Origin: a virus
Length of the DNA: 64,000 nt
Virus record (IMG/VR): IMGVR_UViG_3300040811_000687
Reading direction: 5' to 3' (one strand)
The notes beneath the pieces were generated by a model. The model ran no database searches. It was not told where the DNA came from and saw nothing but the letters and a program-made list of their open reading frames with translations. Position 1 is the stretch's first letter, and each line of letters begins with the position of its first letter. Shown piece by piece: positions 9,932-19,571 of this stretch. A program made the translations under genes and the position numbers.

Positions 9932-10584
9932 GTACCTGGAATAATAAACTATTTAAAGAATATGCTCATAGATTTCAATCTACTTATAATTGGCCATTTG
10001 AATTAGAAACATACAACGAAGACCATGGTATGTATGAACAAATACCAACTCTTAAAAAATTCGTAGAAAAAAACAAGGTAAGTTTACCATTAGACTTTCG
10101 CCAAGACGCAGTACGTTTTAGTTATAAAGTATATGCATATACACAAGCAATCTTAACAACAAAAGATTGTGATGGTCTCATTTTCATAGACGCAGACAGT
10201 GTATTTTATAAAAAAATTGATGAAAAATGGGTAAAGAAACATTTACATAGAGAAGATTGTATGATAACTTATCTAGGAAGACCAACCTACAGTGAGTGTG
10301 GTTTTTTATATTTCAACATGAAACACTATTTTATAAAACAATTTGCCACAGATATGAGAAAGATGTATGACGACAATTTACTATTTAAGGAAGATCAACT
10401 TCATGACTCATGGATATTTGATGTAGTTAGAAATAGATTAGAAAAAAGATATGGTGTTAAAAACTATGACATAGGAGATAAAAGAGTTGGCCATGTACAA
10501 TCAAGATCAATACTAGGTAAAATATATGACCATACAAAAGGAAATAGAAAAATAAAAGGTAAAAGTAAAGAAAGTACTTTATGA
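9913..10584 (+). CDS. Putative glycosyltransferase (GT-A, DxD)
   Basis: AVRFSYKVYA, FIDADS, SECGF. Confidence 0.65.
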   Translation: MKIKVVSTWNNKLFKEYAHRFQSTYNWPFELETYNEDHGMYEQIPTLKKFVEKNKVSLPLDFRQDAVRFSYKVYAYTQAILTTKDCDGLIFIDADSVFYKKIDEKWVKKHLHREDCMITYLGRPTYSECGFLYFNMKHYFIKQFATDMRKMYDDNLLFKEDQLHDSWIFDVVRNRLEKRYGVKNYDIGDKRVGHVQSRSILGKIYDHTKGNRKIKGKSKESTL

Positions 10585-11249
10585 TAAAAGTCTTTGTAGG
10601 ATTTGATGAAGGTGAAAAAGCGGCATATCACGTGCTTGCTGAAAGTATTAGAAAGTTTTCTAGTGTACCTGTAAGTATAACACCATTGAGTTTAAATAAT
10701 TTACCAGAATTTACGAGAGAAAAACAATCCAATCAATCAACAGACTTTGCATTTAGCAGATTTTTAGTACCTTATCTATCAAACTATAAGGGTTGGTCAA
10801 TCTTTATGGATTGCGACATGATGGTAAGATCAGACATTGCAGAGTTATATGGCTATGCTACATACAAATATTCTGTTATGTGTTGCCAACATAATTATAC
10901 ACCAAAACAAGATATAAAATTTAGAGGTGCAAAAAATCAAGCATTTCCTAAAAAGAACTGGTCTAGTGTAATGTTATTTCACAACTCACAATGCACAAAA
11001 TTAACACCTGAATACGTAAATACAGCAAGTGGTTTAGAACTACATCAATTTAAGTGGTTAGAGAGAGAACACATGGTAGGTGAACTTCCGTTTGAGTGGA
11101 ACTGGTTGGTAGGTGAATATGACTATGATAAGTATGCCAAAAATGTACATTGGACACTTGGTGGTCCTTGGTACAAAGAGTTTAAAGATCAAGATTATGC
11201 AGACGAATGGCATAAGTTGTATAAAGAAACAACAGAGGTAAACTTATGA
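10581..11249 (+). CDS. Putative glycosyltransferase (GT8-like)
   Basis: STDFAFSRFLVP, FMDCDM, KNWSSVML, WNWLVGEY, HWTLGGPW. Confidence 0.8.
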   Translation: MIKVFVGFDEGEKAAYHVLAESIRKFSSVPVSITPLSLNNLPEFTREKQSNQSTDFAFSRFLVPYLSNYKGWSIFMDCDMMVRSDIAELYGYATYKYSVMCCQHNYTPKQDIKFRGAKNQAFPKKNWSSVMLFHNSQCTKLTPEYVNTASGLELHQFKWLEREHMVGELPFEWNWLVGEYDYDKYAKNVHWTLGGPWYKEFKDQDYADEWHKLYKETTEVNL

Positions 11250-12076
11250 TTTTTACACATAGAATGCAAAAAGTTGATTGTCTGTCACATGAAATTTGGC
11301 CTAGTTTTGAAAAAGGTTGGCCAAAGCCTAGTTTAGATACTCATTTTTTTTGGGGATTAGGTGAAGATAACGTAGCAAAGATAACAGAATTAGAAAAGAA
11401 CAAACAAGAATGGTATTATGTAGATGTTGGTTATTTAACTGAACAAATTACAAGATATCCTTCGCCTAAAATAAATGATTACGATAAAACTTATTTTAGA
11501 ATTGTAAAAGGTGGAATACATACACTAACAGGTTCTAAAAAAGGTGGTGGCGATAGAATAAAAGAACTGAATAAAAAAGGAATTAAAAGTATTTTTGATA
11601 ATTGGAATCAAGGAGAAGGAGATCATATATTAGTTTGTCCTTCCTCTGAAACAGTAACTTACAAACATAATGGTATGACACAAGGAGATTGGACAGATAA
11701 TATTGTTGCTCAAATAAAAAAATATACCAATAGAGATATAATAATTAGAAATAAACCTAGACCACATAATGAGTGGTGGGGAAAACCAATACAAGACGAT
11801 CTAGATGGAGCTCACTGTTTGGTTACTAATATGAGTTTAGCAGCTGTTGACGCAGTACTAGAGGGTATACCTGTAATATGTGATACAAGAAACGTTGCAT
11901 GGCCAGTATCAACAAGATATATGGAGTTTATAAATGACCCTTTGAAACCTACTGTACAAAACGTAAACGAATGGTTAAAACTATTAGCAAATAATCAATT
12001 TACATTGAAAGAGATAGAAGATGGTACAGCATTTAATGTTATAAGTAAACAATCAAAGAAAGTATTTGTAATATGA
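11246..12076 (+). CDS. Putative polysaccharide-modifying / GT-B-like protein
   Basis: C-terminal AHCLVTNMSLAAVDAVLEGIPV resembles capsule-biosynthesis GT-B motifs. Confidence 0.5.
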   Translation: MIFTHRMQKVDCLSHEIWPSFEKGWPKPSLDTHFFWGLGEDNVAKITELEKNKQEWYYVDVGYLTEQITRYPSPKINDYDKTYFRIVKGGIHTLTGSKKGGGDRIKELNKKGIKSIFDNWNQGEGDHILVCPSSETVTYKHNGMTQGDWTDNIVAQIKKYTNRDIIIRNKPRPHNEWWGKPIQDDLDGAHCLVTNMSLAAVDAVLEGIPVICDTRNVAWPVSTRYMEFINDPLKPTVQNVNEWLKLLANNQFTLKEIEDGTAFNVISKQSKKVFVI

Positions 12077-12927
12077 AAAAGTTATTAATAGTTAGTGGTT
12101 GTAGTTTTTCAGATCCAATTTTTGAGTCTGTTCTTCATCCAGAAATGAATTGTGATTGGCCTAAATGGCCAGAATTAGTTGCTGAAGAATTAAATATGCA
12201 ATGTGTCAATCTATCAACAAGTGGATCCGGTAATGAAAAAATTTACAGTGTTATATCAGATTATTTAACAACACCTATAGATAAAGAGTTGTCATTTACT
12301 TCAAAAAGACATATAATAGATAAAAATTTTAAATTTCCTATGCCACAAAAAAAATCTGATATAGGTTTAGTCGTAGCAGCCTGGTCACAAGCTCATAGAC
12401 GTGATTGGTCAATGAGAAATACATTGAGCGATAAAAGTAAGAAAGATAGGTGGACAAATATGTTAACAGATAATAAAGGTGATATTTACTATTGGTTTTT
12501 AAAATCAGTTAGATATCAATATGCATATCAAAATTTATGTAAACAACTTGATCTGCCATATGTACAATTTCAAATGATATCTATGTGGAGAGCATGGGTA
12601 CACGAAATAATAGAAACGTGGAATGATTCTAAAAAAGAAGAAGAATATAAAAATAGAAAATTTTGGAGAGAAATAAAATCCAATTTAGTTAAGCACCTAG
12701 ATGATACAGGTTATAGACAGTTAATTAACAAAAAGTTTTTAGGTTGGCCAGGAGATATAAAAACAGATAATTATTATGGAAAAACATCATGGACATTAAG
12801 TGATTGTTTATCACAAGAAGAAAGATTATCTGATATAGATAGACACCCTAACAAACAAGGTCATGAAAAATTAGCAGAGGAGTTTTTAAAACGTTTACAT
12901 GAAAATAAGATACTACAAAAAGATTGA
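12073..12927 (+). CDS. SGNH/GDSL-like hydrolase-fold protein
   Basis: N-terminal GCSFS, SGSGN, C-terminal DRHPNKQGH. Confidence 0.6.
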   Translation: MKKLLIVSGCSFSDPIFESVLHPEMNCDWPKWPELVAEELNMQCVNLSTSGSGNEKIYSVISDYLTTPIDKELSFTSKRHIIDKNFKFPMPQKKSDIGLVVAAWSQAHRRDWSMRNTLSDKSKKDRWTNMLTDNKGDIYYWFLKSVRYQYAYQNLCKQLDLPYVQFQMISMWRAWVHEIIETWNDSKKEEEYKNRKFWREIKSNLVKHLDDTGYRQLINKKFLGWPGDIKTDNYYGKTSWTLSDCLSQEERLSDIDRHPNKQGHEKLAEEFLKRLHENKILQKD

Positions 12928-13144
12928 TGGTTGGCGATGGTTAGGTTTTGTATTAGCCATGGTTGGTGCATGGGTACTTAGCAATGCTAATCCTGATACA
13001 CAATGGTTAGGTTGGTCAATTGCAATATCAAGTTGTAGTATTTGGATTTACATGGGTTGGAAAGATAAAGATATACCTAGAGCGTTAATGGAATTTATGT
13101 ATTTAATTATAGCAGTGAGAGCGATATGGAACTGGTTAATATAG
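12899..13144 (+). CDS. Small 3-TM membrane protein
   Basis: Three Trp-rich hydrophobic helices. Confidence 0.75.
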   Translation: MKIRYYKKIDGWRWLGFVLAMVGAWVLSNANPDTQWLGWSIAISSCSIWIYMGWKDKDIPRALMEFMYLIIAVRAIWNWLI

Positions 13145-13830
13145 TTTGTGTATATTGGGGAAACAAGTATAGTCCTGATTATGTAAGTAAACTATACAAC
13201 ATGGTAAAAAGAAACCTTTCTATACCATTTAACTTTATAGTTTACACCGATCACATCCAGACCTTCACTCACGAAAATTATGATTTTAGAAATAACCAGA
13301 TACCTAATTACCAGACCAGAAAACTGCCTTTCACGAATTACGATGGGTGGTGGAACAAACTAACTCTATTCAGTCCAGAAGCCAACTTAAAAGGTACATG
13401 TTTATACTTTGATTTAGATGTAGTGATACTAGACAACATAGATGATATGGTATTGTTTGGTAAAGAGGACACCTTTGGTGTTATAAATGATTTTAATCCT
13501 GCCAGTGGTGTGTACAATTCAAGTATTATGAAATTCAACAATATTACAGCTGAACATATATGGACATCATTTAAAAAAGATGAAACTAATATGATGAGAA
13601 ACCATGGTGATCAACAAGTTATGAGCCATTTTATCAAATCAACTCCACATTGTAAGGTAATGCCAGACGAGTGGACATTTTCATACAAGTGGTTCTCCCG
13701 AGAGGCCCCCAGAATAGATAAATCGCAGTGGACATTTGACCAGAAACCGAATGCTAAAGTATGTGTGTTTCATGGCCAACCAAATCCACACGAATCAACG
13801 AAGAAATGGGTACAAGATAACTGGAAATAG
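13126..13830 (+). CDS. Putative glycosyltransferase (GT8-like)
   Basis: CVYWGNKY, WWNKLTLF, YFDLDVVI, NSSIM, GDQ, FHGQPNP. Confidence 0.8.
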   Translation: MELVNIVCVYWGNKYSPDYVSKLYNMVKRNLSIPFNFIVYTDHIQTFTHENYDFRNNQIPNYQTRKLPFTNYDGWWNKLTLFSPEANLKGTCLYFDLDVVILDNIDDMVLFGKEDTFGVINDFNPASGVYNSSIMKFNNITAEHIWTSFKKDETNMMRNHGDQQVMSHFIKSTPHCKVMPDEWTFSYKWFSREAPRIDKSQWTFDQKPNAKVCVFHGQPNPHESTKKWVQDNWK

Positions 13831-13844
13831 AACATAACCAGAAC
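13830..13844 (+). promoter_or_regulatory. Alphaproteobacterial LexA-type box GAAC-N7-GAAC
   Basis: GAACataaccaGAAC, ~43 bp upstream of the -35 at 13887. Confidence 0.65.
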
Positions 13845-13886
13845 ATTTTATATCTAAAACCCTTATCCCACAACAAAAAATAACGC

Positions 13887-13997
13887 TTGCTTTCTAGGCC
13901 TGGTATGATAGGATAATGATATGAAAACAAAAAAGATACTAATAAAAACAAATCTTACAAAAGACTTGTTGCCAAATGTACTTTTTTATGATAGGAT
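13887..13997 (+). promoter_or_regulatory. Tandem early sigma70-type promoters
   Basis: TTGCTT-16-TAGGAT (13887-13914) and TTGCCA-17-TAGGAT (13969-13997), both with extended TGn. Confidence 0.7.
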
Positions 13998-14033
13998 TAC
14001 TAATATAAACACTAACAAAAAGGATATAACACT

Positions 14034-14222
14034 ATGTCAAAAATAAAAGCATACATTGAAACGTCAGTAGAAAATGCTGTTGATAAATTTATTAACAAAT
14101 TAAAAGATGGTCAGATTGATCTAGATACTTGTAAATCAAAAATTCTAGAACTTGACAATTTAGCAATGGTTGGTATTGATGAAAATAATATTGATGAAGT
14201 AATAACAATGGAGATCCAATAA
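14034..14222 (+). CDS. Hypothetical early protein
   Basis: SD AAAGGA; first gene after the promoters. Confidence 0.75.
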   Translation: MSKIKAYIETSVENAVDKFINKLKDGQIDLDTCKSKILELDNLAMVGIDENNIDEVITMEIQ

Positions 14223-14464
14223 TGATTACAATGAACGAATTAAATAATTTATCAATAGCTCAATTACAAGACACAAAAGTTTTGATTGACACTATTGTAC
14301 AGAATAAAATCAAAAGAGAATTTAAAGTTGGTACAAAAGTTAACGTAGTACAAAAGACTAAAAAAACACCAGGTGTTATTACAAAAATAATGTCTACAAA
14401 ATGTTTAGTTGATTTAAATGGTAGAATTTATAGAGTATCAATGTCAATGTTGGAGGCTGCTTAG
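14222..14464 (+). CDS. Hypothetical protein, C-terminal SH3/KOW-like barrel
   Basis: Translational coupling; FKVGTKV..GVITKI pattern. Confidence 0.7.
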   Translation: MITMNELNNLSIAQLQDTKVLIDTIVQNKIKREFKVGTKVNVVQKTKKTPGVITKIMSTKCLVDLNGRIYRVSMSMLEAA

Positions 14465-14871
14465 TGAGTAAAAGTAAAGTTATTAGTTTAGTATACGGTA
14501 GAGAATACCAAGATTCAGATGAAAGATATGATGAATTTTTTTACATCTATAATACAGTATTCAGAAATGTACCTATGAAACATCTAAAGACTTTAAATAC
14601 TTTCAAAGAAAAAATTAGAAAATATTGTGATGATAATTTTAATGAAACTGCTAGTAATTTTTGTGGAAATACTACGGTTAAGATTATACATGGCGATGAC
14701 TATTATTCAACTTACGAAGATGTATTTGGTAAAGAAACAGTTGGCAGTGACAACTCATTATTTAATGATTATGGTCAATTGTGGAACGGTAGACAATTCT
14801 TTAAAAAAGATTATAATCCAAAATTAACAGAAAAATATACATACAAGAATTTAAACAGAGAGGCAAGCTAA
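14464..14871 (+). CDS. Hypothetical protein (GTG start)
   Basis: SD GGAGG; overlaps previous stop. Confidence 0.7.
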   Translation: MSKSKVISLVYGREYQDSDERYDEFFYIYNTVFRNVPMKHLKTLNTFKEKIRKYCDDNFNETASNFCGNTTVKIIHGDDYYSTYEDVFGKETVGSDNSLFNDYGQLWNGRQFFKKDYNPKLTEKYTYKNLNREAS

Positions 14872-15185
14872 TGAAATACGGTGAAGACAAGATTGTAAAA
14901 GAGATAGACGAGTATATTAAATCAACATACGGACAACACTATAGTACAACCGAAGACGGTTTCCAGGTACAAGATATGTTGAGACAATTAGATATTGATA
15001 AAGATTTTTGCCAAGCTAATGCCATTAAGTATCTTTGCAGATATGGTAAAAAAGACGGTAAAAACAGAAAAGATTTACTAAAGGCTATTCATTATATAGT
15101 TTTATTGATGAGTAGCGAAGATAAAACATCGGAAGTTTCATGGGCACCAGATAGTTTTCTAGAGCCAGAAACTAAACCAGAATAA
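14871..15185 (+). CDS. DUF3310/SaV-like phage protein
   Basis: HY...FCQANAIKYLCRYGKKDG..DLLKAIHY. Confidence 0.8.
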   Translation: MKYGEDKIVKEIDEYIKSTYGQHYSTTEDGFQVQDMLRQLDIDKDFCQANAIKYLCRYGKKDGKNRKDLLKAIHYIVLLMSSEDKTSEVSWAPDSFLEPETKPE

Positions 15186-15205
15186 CTAACAAAAGGAGAA
15201 CACTA

Positions 15206-15598
15206 ATGACAATAGATACAAATGTTATGGTAACGAAAGAAGATTTAGGTAAAAATCTTTATAGAAAAAAGACCTATTACACACTTTGCATAGAGCAAGA
15301 TGTGTTGGCAGATAATAAAGAAACTGCTGAAAATAAACTTAGCGACAATGGTATAGACCACTCTCAAATAAACCATGAGATCACTGAACAAAAAGATGGC
15401 GTTGAAACATATATGGTTGACGCTAACTATAGTGAATCAGGAGATATTGAGTATATTGGTAAAGTATCATATACAGATGATGAGTATGCTGAAGAAAACG
15501 GAGACGTTGAGATCAATTCAACGGCAGACGAGGTGTACATACCAGATGAGGTTGACACAATGATTAATATTAACGCTGAAGAAATGAGAGGTAAATAA
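15206..15598 (+). CDS. Hypothetical acidic protein
   Basis: SD AAGGAG; D/E-rich. Confidence 0.75.
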   Translation: MTIDTNVMVTKEDLGKNLYRKKTYYTLCIEQDVLADNKETAENKLSDNGIDHSQINHEITEQKDGVETYMVDANYSESGDIEYIGKVSYTDDEYAEENGDVEINSTADEVYIPDEVDTMININAEEMRGK

Positions 15599-15599
15599 T

Positions 15600-15794
15600 A
15601 TGTCACTACTACACGATTTGGACAGACCACTTCAAGACCTCAAAGAAATTAAGGTATCTTTAGGTAGTAAATGTCCTACAACTACTGATTTAATAGACAG
15701 TAAGATTAAAGAGTACGAATCAGATATAGACGCTGTTGATGAGTACTTAAAAAACGACAAAACCAATGGTTTATCAGAGGGACAACCAAGTTAA
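15600..15794 (+). CDS. Hypothetical protein
   Basis: SD GAGG; operon packing. Confidence 0.65.
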   Translation: MSLLHDLDRPLQDLKEIKVSLGSKCPTTTDLIDSKIKEYESDIDAVDEYLKNDKTNGLSEGQPS

Positions 15795-15822
15795 TCCAAT
15801 GAAATCAACACTTTTTAATGGC

Positions 15823-15851
15823 TTGACATTTATTAAAAAGTATGGTAGGAT
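15823..15851 (+). promoter_or_regulatory. Early sigma70-type promoter
   Basis: TTGACA-17-TAGGAT with extended TG. Confidence 0.8.
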
Positions 15852-15883
15852 AAAGACAACTAACTAACAAAAGGATATACTAT

Positions 15884-16216
15884 ATGTCATTTAGATACGA
15901 TACAGACAACTTATACAAAGAGTTTAAAGACGCAAAAAACAAAGATATTGCATTATCACAACATACTGATTTAGATAGTGCAGAAAATGACTACTTTACT
16001 AATAGAGTCAAATTTTGTGTAGATCACAAAGAACTTAAAATATCAAATCCTTCTTATTATGAGAACGTTGATATTAATTTTGACGCTTTAGAGAATGCAT
16101 ACAAGACTACCAACCCTAGAGATACATTTTATCAGATAGGATTTGGCATGACTTATGCAGAGAAGAAAGCCAAAGAACATTTAGAATCAGAAGCAAACCT
16201 TAACAAAGAAGAATAG
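15884..16216 (+). CDS. Hypothetical early protein
   Basis: Promoter plus SD AAAGGA. Confidence 0.75.
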   Translation: MSFRYDTDNLYKEFKDAKNKDIALSQHTDLDSAENDYFTNRVKFCVDHKELKISNPSYYENVDINFDALENAYKTTNPRDTFYQIGFGMTYAEKKAKEHLESEANLNKEE

Positions 16217-16479
16217 TGAAGAAGATCAAAGAAAGATATAGACCAATTAATATTAAGTTAGTGCATGGCACCAAAAAAATGCCAGACTATACTTTAGATA
16301 TTAATGGTATCAAGATGAACTCGTTACCAACGAGTGATAAGATTTCAGGCAGTTGTACTAAACGTAGTACTCCTAAAGTTACTTTGCCTGCTGGTAAAAC
16401 AATAGGGATCGGTTACAATAAGGGAACATATCAGGTTGTAGATTCTTCCGATTTCAAAACTATGGGACGTAAAGTATGA
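16216..16479 (+). CDS. Hypothetical basic protein
   Basis: Coupled ORF; GIGYNKGTYQVV C-terminus. Confidence 0.7.
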   Translation: MKKIKERYRPINIKLVHGTKKMPDYTLDINGIKMNSLPTSDKISGSCTKRSTPKVTLPAGKTIGIGYNKGTYQVVDSSDFKTMGRKV

Positions 16480-16709
16480 GGACTATGATGATGTTAACCA
16501 TTTGTGTATTGATGACAATGACAATGGCCAAAAGTGATGAGAAAAAAACAATTACACCACAAGAGTTTGGTAATGCAATTGCAGAAACACCAGGTAAACT
16601 TGTGAATTTTATTGGTAGTGAAGTTGAGAAAACAAAAGACTATCAAACTAAAGTTTGGGCTGAGGCAAAAACAAAATGGCCTTGGACAATGTTTAAGAAA
16701 AAAGACTAA
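16476..16709 (+). CDS. Hypothetical secreted protein
   Basis: Signal peptide; ATGA overlap. Confidence 0.7.
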   Translation: MRTMMMLTICVLMTMTMAKSDEKKTITPQEFGNAIAETPGKLVNFIGSEVEKTKDYQTKVWAEAKTKWPWTMFKKKD

Positions 16710-17182
16710 TGAGAACTATACTAATTATCTTAATCGGTTTAACACTAACCAACTGTGCCTCTACAAATAGATCACAAGTTGGTGCTGTGTTAGGTTCAAC
16801 TACCACAACTGGTGCATGTGTGAGTATGGGTGTTTCAGATCCATACGCTATAGGCGCCTGTGCTGTTGTAGGTGCGTTTGCCGGTGCAGAAATTATGTAT
16901 AATTCAGATTACGATGTACACAACGCAGTATTCGTAGATCATTTAAATAATGGTACAATGGGGTCAAGTTACACTAATTGGTACAATAAGAAAACAGGTA
17001 ATTCTGGTATCATAAAAGTGACCAAGTCGTACATAGAAGCAGGTTTCAAGTGTAAAGATTATGACGCTACAGTGGACATAACAAGTCAATGGCCGTTGAT
17101 CGGTGTTGGTGGTGTAAATAGAAATACTGTATTTGGTACTACTTGTCAGTTACCAGATGGTCGTTGGGTGGAGTTAAAATAA
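16709..17182 (+). CDS. Glycine-zipper lipoprotein, Rickettsia 17-kDa surface antigen-like
   Basis: Lipobox LTNC, glycine zipper, WYNKKTGNSG, CKDY, CQLPDGRW. Confidence 0.75.
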   Translation: MRTILIILIGLTLTNCASTNRSQVGAVLGSTTTTGACVSMGVSDPYAIGACAVVGAFAGAEIMYNSDYDVHNAVFVDHLNNGTMGSSYTNWYNKKTGNSGIIKVTKSYIEAGFKCKDYDATVDITSQWPLIGVGGVNRNTVFGTTCQLPDGRWVELK

Positions 17183-17370
17183 TGATACATAAAATAAGTG
17201 AACTATGTCAAAAGATTGATGGTATTAAAAAAGTGAGTGACAATCTATATAATATTAAGTACAATCAACCTAAAACTCCTGAAAGAGACGCTGAAGTGAA
17301 TGCTTTAATAGAAGACATACAATTACAATGTAAACTTGTAGCAAATGATAAAGGTGAATATGACAGATAA
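17182..17370 (+). CDS. Hypothetical protein
   Basis: SD GGAG; start revised to MIHKIS. Confidence 0.65.
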   Translation: MIHKISELCQKIDGIKKVSDNLYNIKYNQPKTPERDAEVNALIEDIQLQCKLVANDKGEYDR

Positions 17371-17518
17371 TCCTACAGTGAATAGATTAAAAGAAGAAAA
17401 GAAACAAATTATAGAACAAATGGATCATTATCAAGGCAGAGACGAAACAAAAATACGCCAACTTGAAGATGAACTTTTTGAAGTTAATGATACGTTAAAG
17501 AAATTAAAGGTACAATGA
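17360..17518 (+). CDS. Small coiled-coil protein, 52 aa (not in ORF track)
   Basis: MTDNPTVNRLKEEKK...; fills the gap, ATGA overlap with the next gene. Confidence 0.65.
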   Translation: MTDNPTVNRLKEEKKQIIEQMDHYQGRDETKIRQLEDELFEVNDTLKKLKVQ

Positions 17519-17994
17519 ATAAATTTTTAGTAATATTAATGATACTTACAGTAAGTGCCAAAGCAGATCATGGTCATGGTGAGAATGGTGATCTATCTGG
17601 TCTAGTTGTGCCTATAAAAAATGTTGAGGTATCAGATACCGTTAATAAGACTATTGAAGTATTAGACAAAATTGAGAGAGTTGAGAAAGAGAAAGACAAA
17701 GTTTATTATAACAAGATTACAACTGTAGAACCTAAAAATGCAGCTGACCAATATTGTTATGTCAAAATTACCATAAAAGAAACAGATAACACTATTACTA
17801 AAGAGGAAACTTTAGAGTGTGCTGATGGTAGAAAAAAAGTAGATGGACCAAGTTATTGGGAACTGTTTGCTCAGTTTTACTATAGAGATATCTCTACACC
17901 AGAGTACTGTAGAACTTATAGTAGACCAAACCATGTCTTTAAATCGTTCGGAAAGACATGTCTTAACAAGGACGGTGAATGGAAGGTAAAATAA
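17515..17994 (+). CDS. Hypothetical secreted protein
   Basis: Signal peptide; C-terminal GKTCLNKDGEW resembles the end of 16709..17182. Confidence 0.7.
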   Translation: MNKFLVILMILTVSAKADHGHGENGDLSGLVVPIKNVEVSDTVNKTIEVLDKIERVEKEKDKVYYNKITTVEPKNAADQYCYVKITIKETDNTITKEETLECADGRKKVDGPSYWELFAQFYYRDISTPEYCRTYSRPNHVFKSFGKTCLNKDGEWKVK

Positions 17995-18140
17995 TGATTA
18001 AAAATATGATCATTTTATCACTTTTATTTGTAATTATTACTGGTATCTCGGCTGGAGAGTTTCTTGACTATGTTCAAATGGGACTTGACAAATTAGGTCA
18101 ACTAGTATATACTATGAAAAGTGAGGTAAATAATATATGA
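17994..18140 (+). CDS. Small membrane protein, 48 aa (not in ORF track)
   Basis: MIKNMIILSLLFVIITG...; coupled at both ends. Confidence 0.6.
   Translation: MIKNMIILSLLFVIITGISAGEFLDYVQMGLDKLGQLVYTMKSEVNNI
18085..18113 (+). promoter_or_regulatory. Sigma70-type promoter
   Basis: TTGACA-17-TATACT. Confidence 0.7.
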
Positions 18141-18760
18141 TGAAAAACAAAGTAAGTAAACTTATTGGAGTATGTGTGGCAGGCCTATTAGTGGCTAACT
18201 GTTCAGCAACTTACAATATGAAATCAGAAAAAGGCAAAGTATTAAATCAAGTACCGAAGTGGTACATGTCCGATTTTTCTGAATCAAAAGCATGTGATAC
18301 GCCAAGATTTGGTAAAGACAAAGATAAAATGTGTATCTTTGGTGTTGGTACTGCTGTATCGCCAGACTTAAATCTAGCAATAGAAAAAGGTATGATGATA
18401 GCAAAAGCAGAGTTAGCTGACATTATCAAAGGCGAAATGAATAAGTCTAGTAAACAATTCATCACTGAACTAGGAAAGAATAATAACAAGACAACTGTAT
18501 CAGAGGTTGAGTCTACAATTGTAAACTTAATTAAAGAAACACCAGTTAGAGGTTATGAAATCTTTGCTAAAGATGTAACTATTACTAAAAACGGTTACTA
18601 CAGAGCTTGGATTGGTTTAAGATTACCAATGGGTGAATTTAACAAGATGTATAATTTCACTATTGAGGAAGCTGTAGATTCTTATAACGTTAAGATGAAA
18701 GCAAATGTGGCTTATGAAAACTTAATGAAAGATACAAATGAAAATAGTAATATACAGTAA
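18137..18760 (+). CDS. LPP20-like lipoprotein
   Basis: Lipobox VANC, VPKWY, FGVGTAVS, AKAELA. Confidence 0.7.
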   Translation: MMKNKVSKLIGVCVAGLLVANCSATYNMKSEKGKVLNQVPKWYMSDFSESKACDTPRFGKDKDKMCIFGVGTAVSPDLNLAIEKGMMIAKAELADIIKGEMNKSSKQFITELGKNNNKTTVSEVESTIVNLIKETPVRGYEIFAKDVTITKNGYYRAWIGLRLPMGEFNKMYNFTIEEAVDSYNVKMKANVAYENLMKDTNENSNIQ

Positions 18761-19013
18761 AAAGAACTGTCAATTTTGTGGCAAGGCCAAAGACTTGGTT
18801 AAGAAACTTGGCCTTGAATACACAGAAAAAAATCTAGAGAAAGACTTTGATTCTAATCCTATGAAATTAATAGAAGATATAGGTAAAAAAGTCATGTCTA
18901 TGCCACAAGTTAAAATTGATGATGAGTTAGTTGGTGGTTATAACCAGATGTTAGAATACTTTGTTGAAAAAGGTATGATAAATTTTCAAGGCGAAGTAAT
19001 TAACAATGGCTGA
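18738..19013 (+). CDS. Glutaredoxin
   Basis: IYSKKNCQFC, SMPQV, VGGY. Confidence 0.9.
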   Translation: MKIVIYSKKNCQFCGKAKDLVKKLGLEYTEKNLEKDFDSNPMKLIEDIGKKVMSMPQVKIDDELVGGYNQMLEYFVEKGMINFQGEVINNG

Positions 19014-19494
19014 TAACGAAAATGTAATACAGTTTCCTACAAATAAAATTGTAAGAAACGTAGATACTGAAAACCAAAAGGCACAGAATAAGATTAACGA
19101 GCAGTTAAAACAAAAACAAACAAAACAATTTATTGAACACCAGGTAGACGATATAGTTATGAATTTAATAAACAGTTTTTTAGACCTAGCAATCAAAACA
19201 GATAAGATTACATTTACAAAAGACTTAGCTATGGTTGTTGACGCTATGAGAGGACTAATATACAGAGACTTTGGTATGAGACATACTTCACATACGTTGA
19301 TTGATAAAATTGTTGATGTTAAACAAATGAAAAATGGTCATAGAACAGCCACCATAGACTACAGTAGAGTTATGGAATCAGGTAAACCAACTAAACCATT
19401 TAACAAAGAACTTAAAACTGAACTAGATGACCTATCAAATGGTTCTAGTATTTTTGAATCAGATAGTGATTTAGATAACGATGATGACAAATAG
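19006..19494 (+). CDS. Hypothetical protein
   Basis: NVIQFP N-terminus; acidic tail. Confidence 0.75.
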   Translation: MADNENVIQFPTNKIVRNVDTENQKAQNKINEQLKQKQTKQFIEHQVDDIVMNLINSFLDLAIKTDKITFTKDLAMVVDAMRGLIYRDFGMRHTSHTLIDKIVDVKQMKNGHRTATIDYSRVMESGKPTKPFNKELKTELDDLSNGSSIFESDSDLDNDDDK

Positions 19495-19571
19495 AATTTA
19501 CAGAATTACTCCGGTAATCGCCTCAGCAGGTTGTAAAATAGCAACTAATAATAATAAAGGAGACTTAAACA

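Noticed and set aside
13921-14046. 41-aa ORF starting 6 nt after the first early promoter
   Set aside because: Runs across the second promoter and RBS with no motif; possible but unsupported
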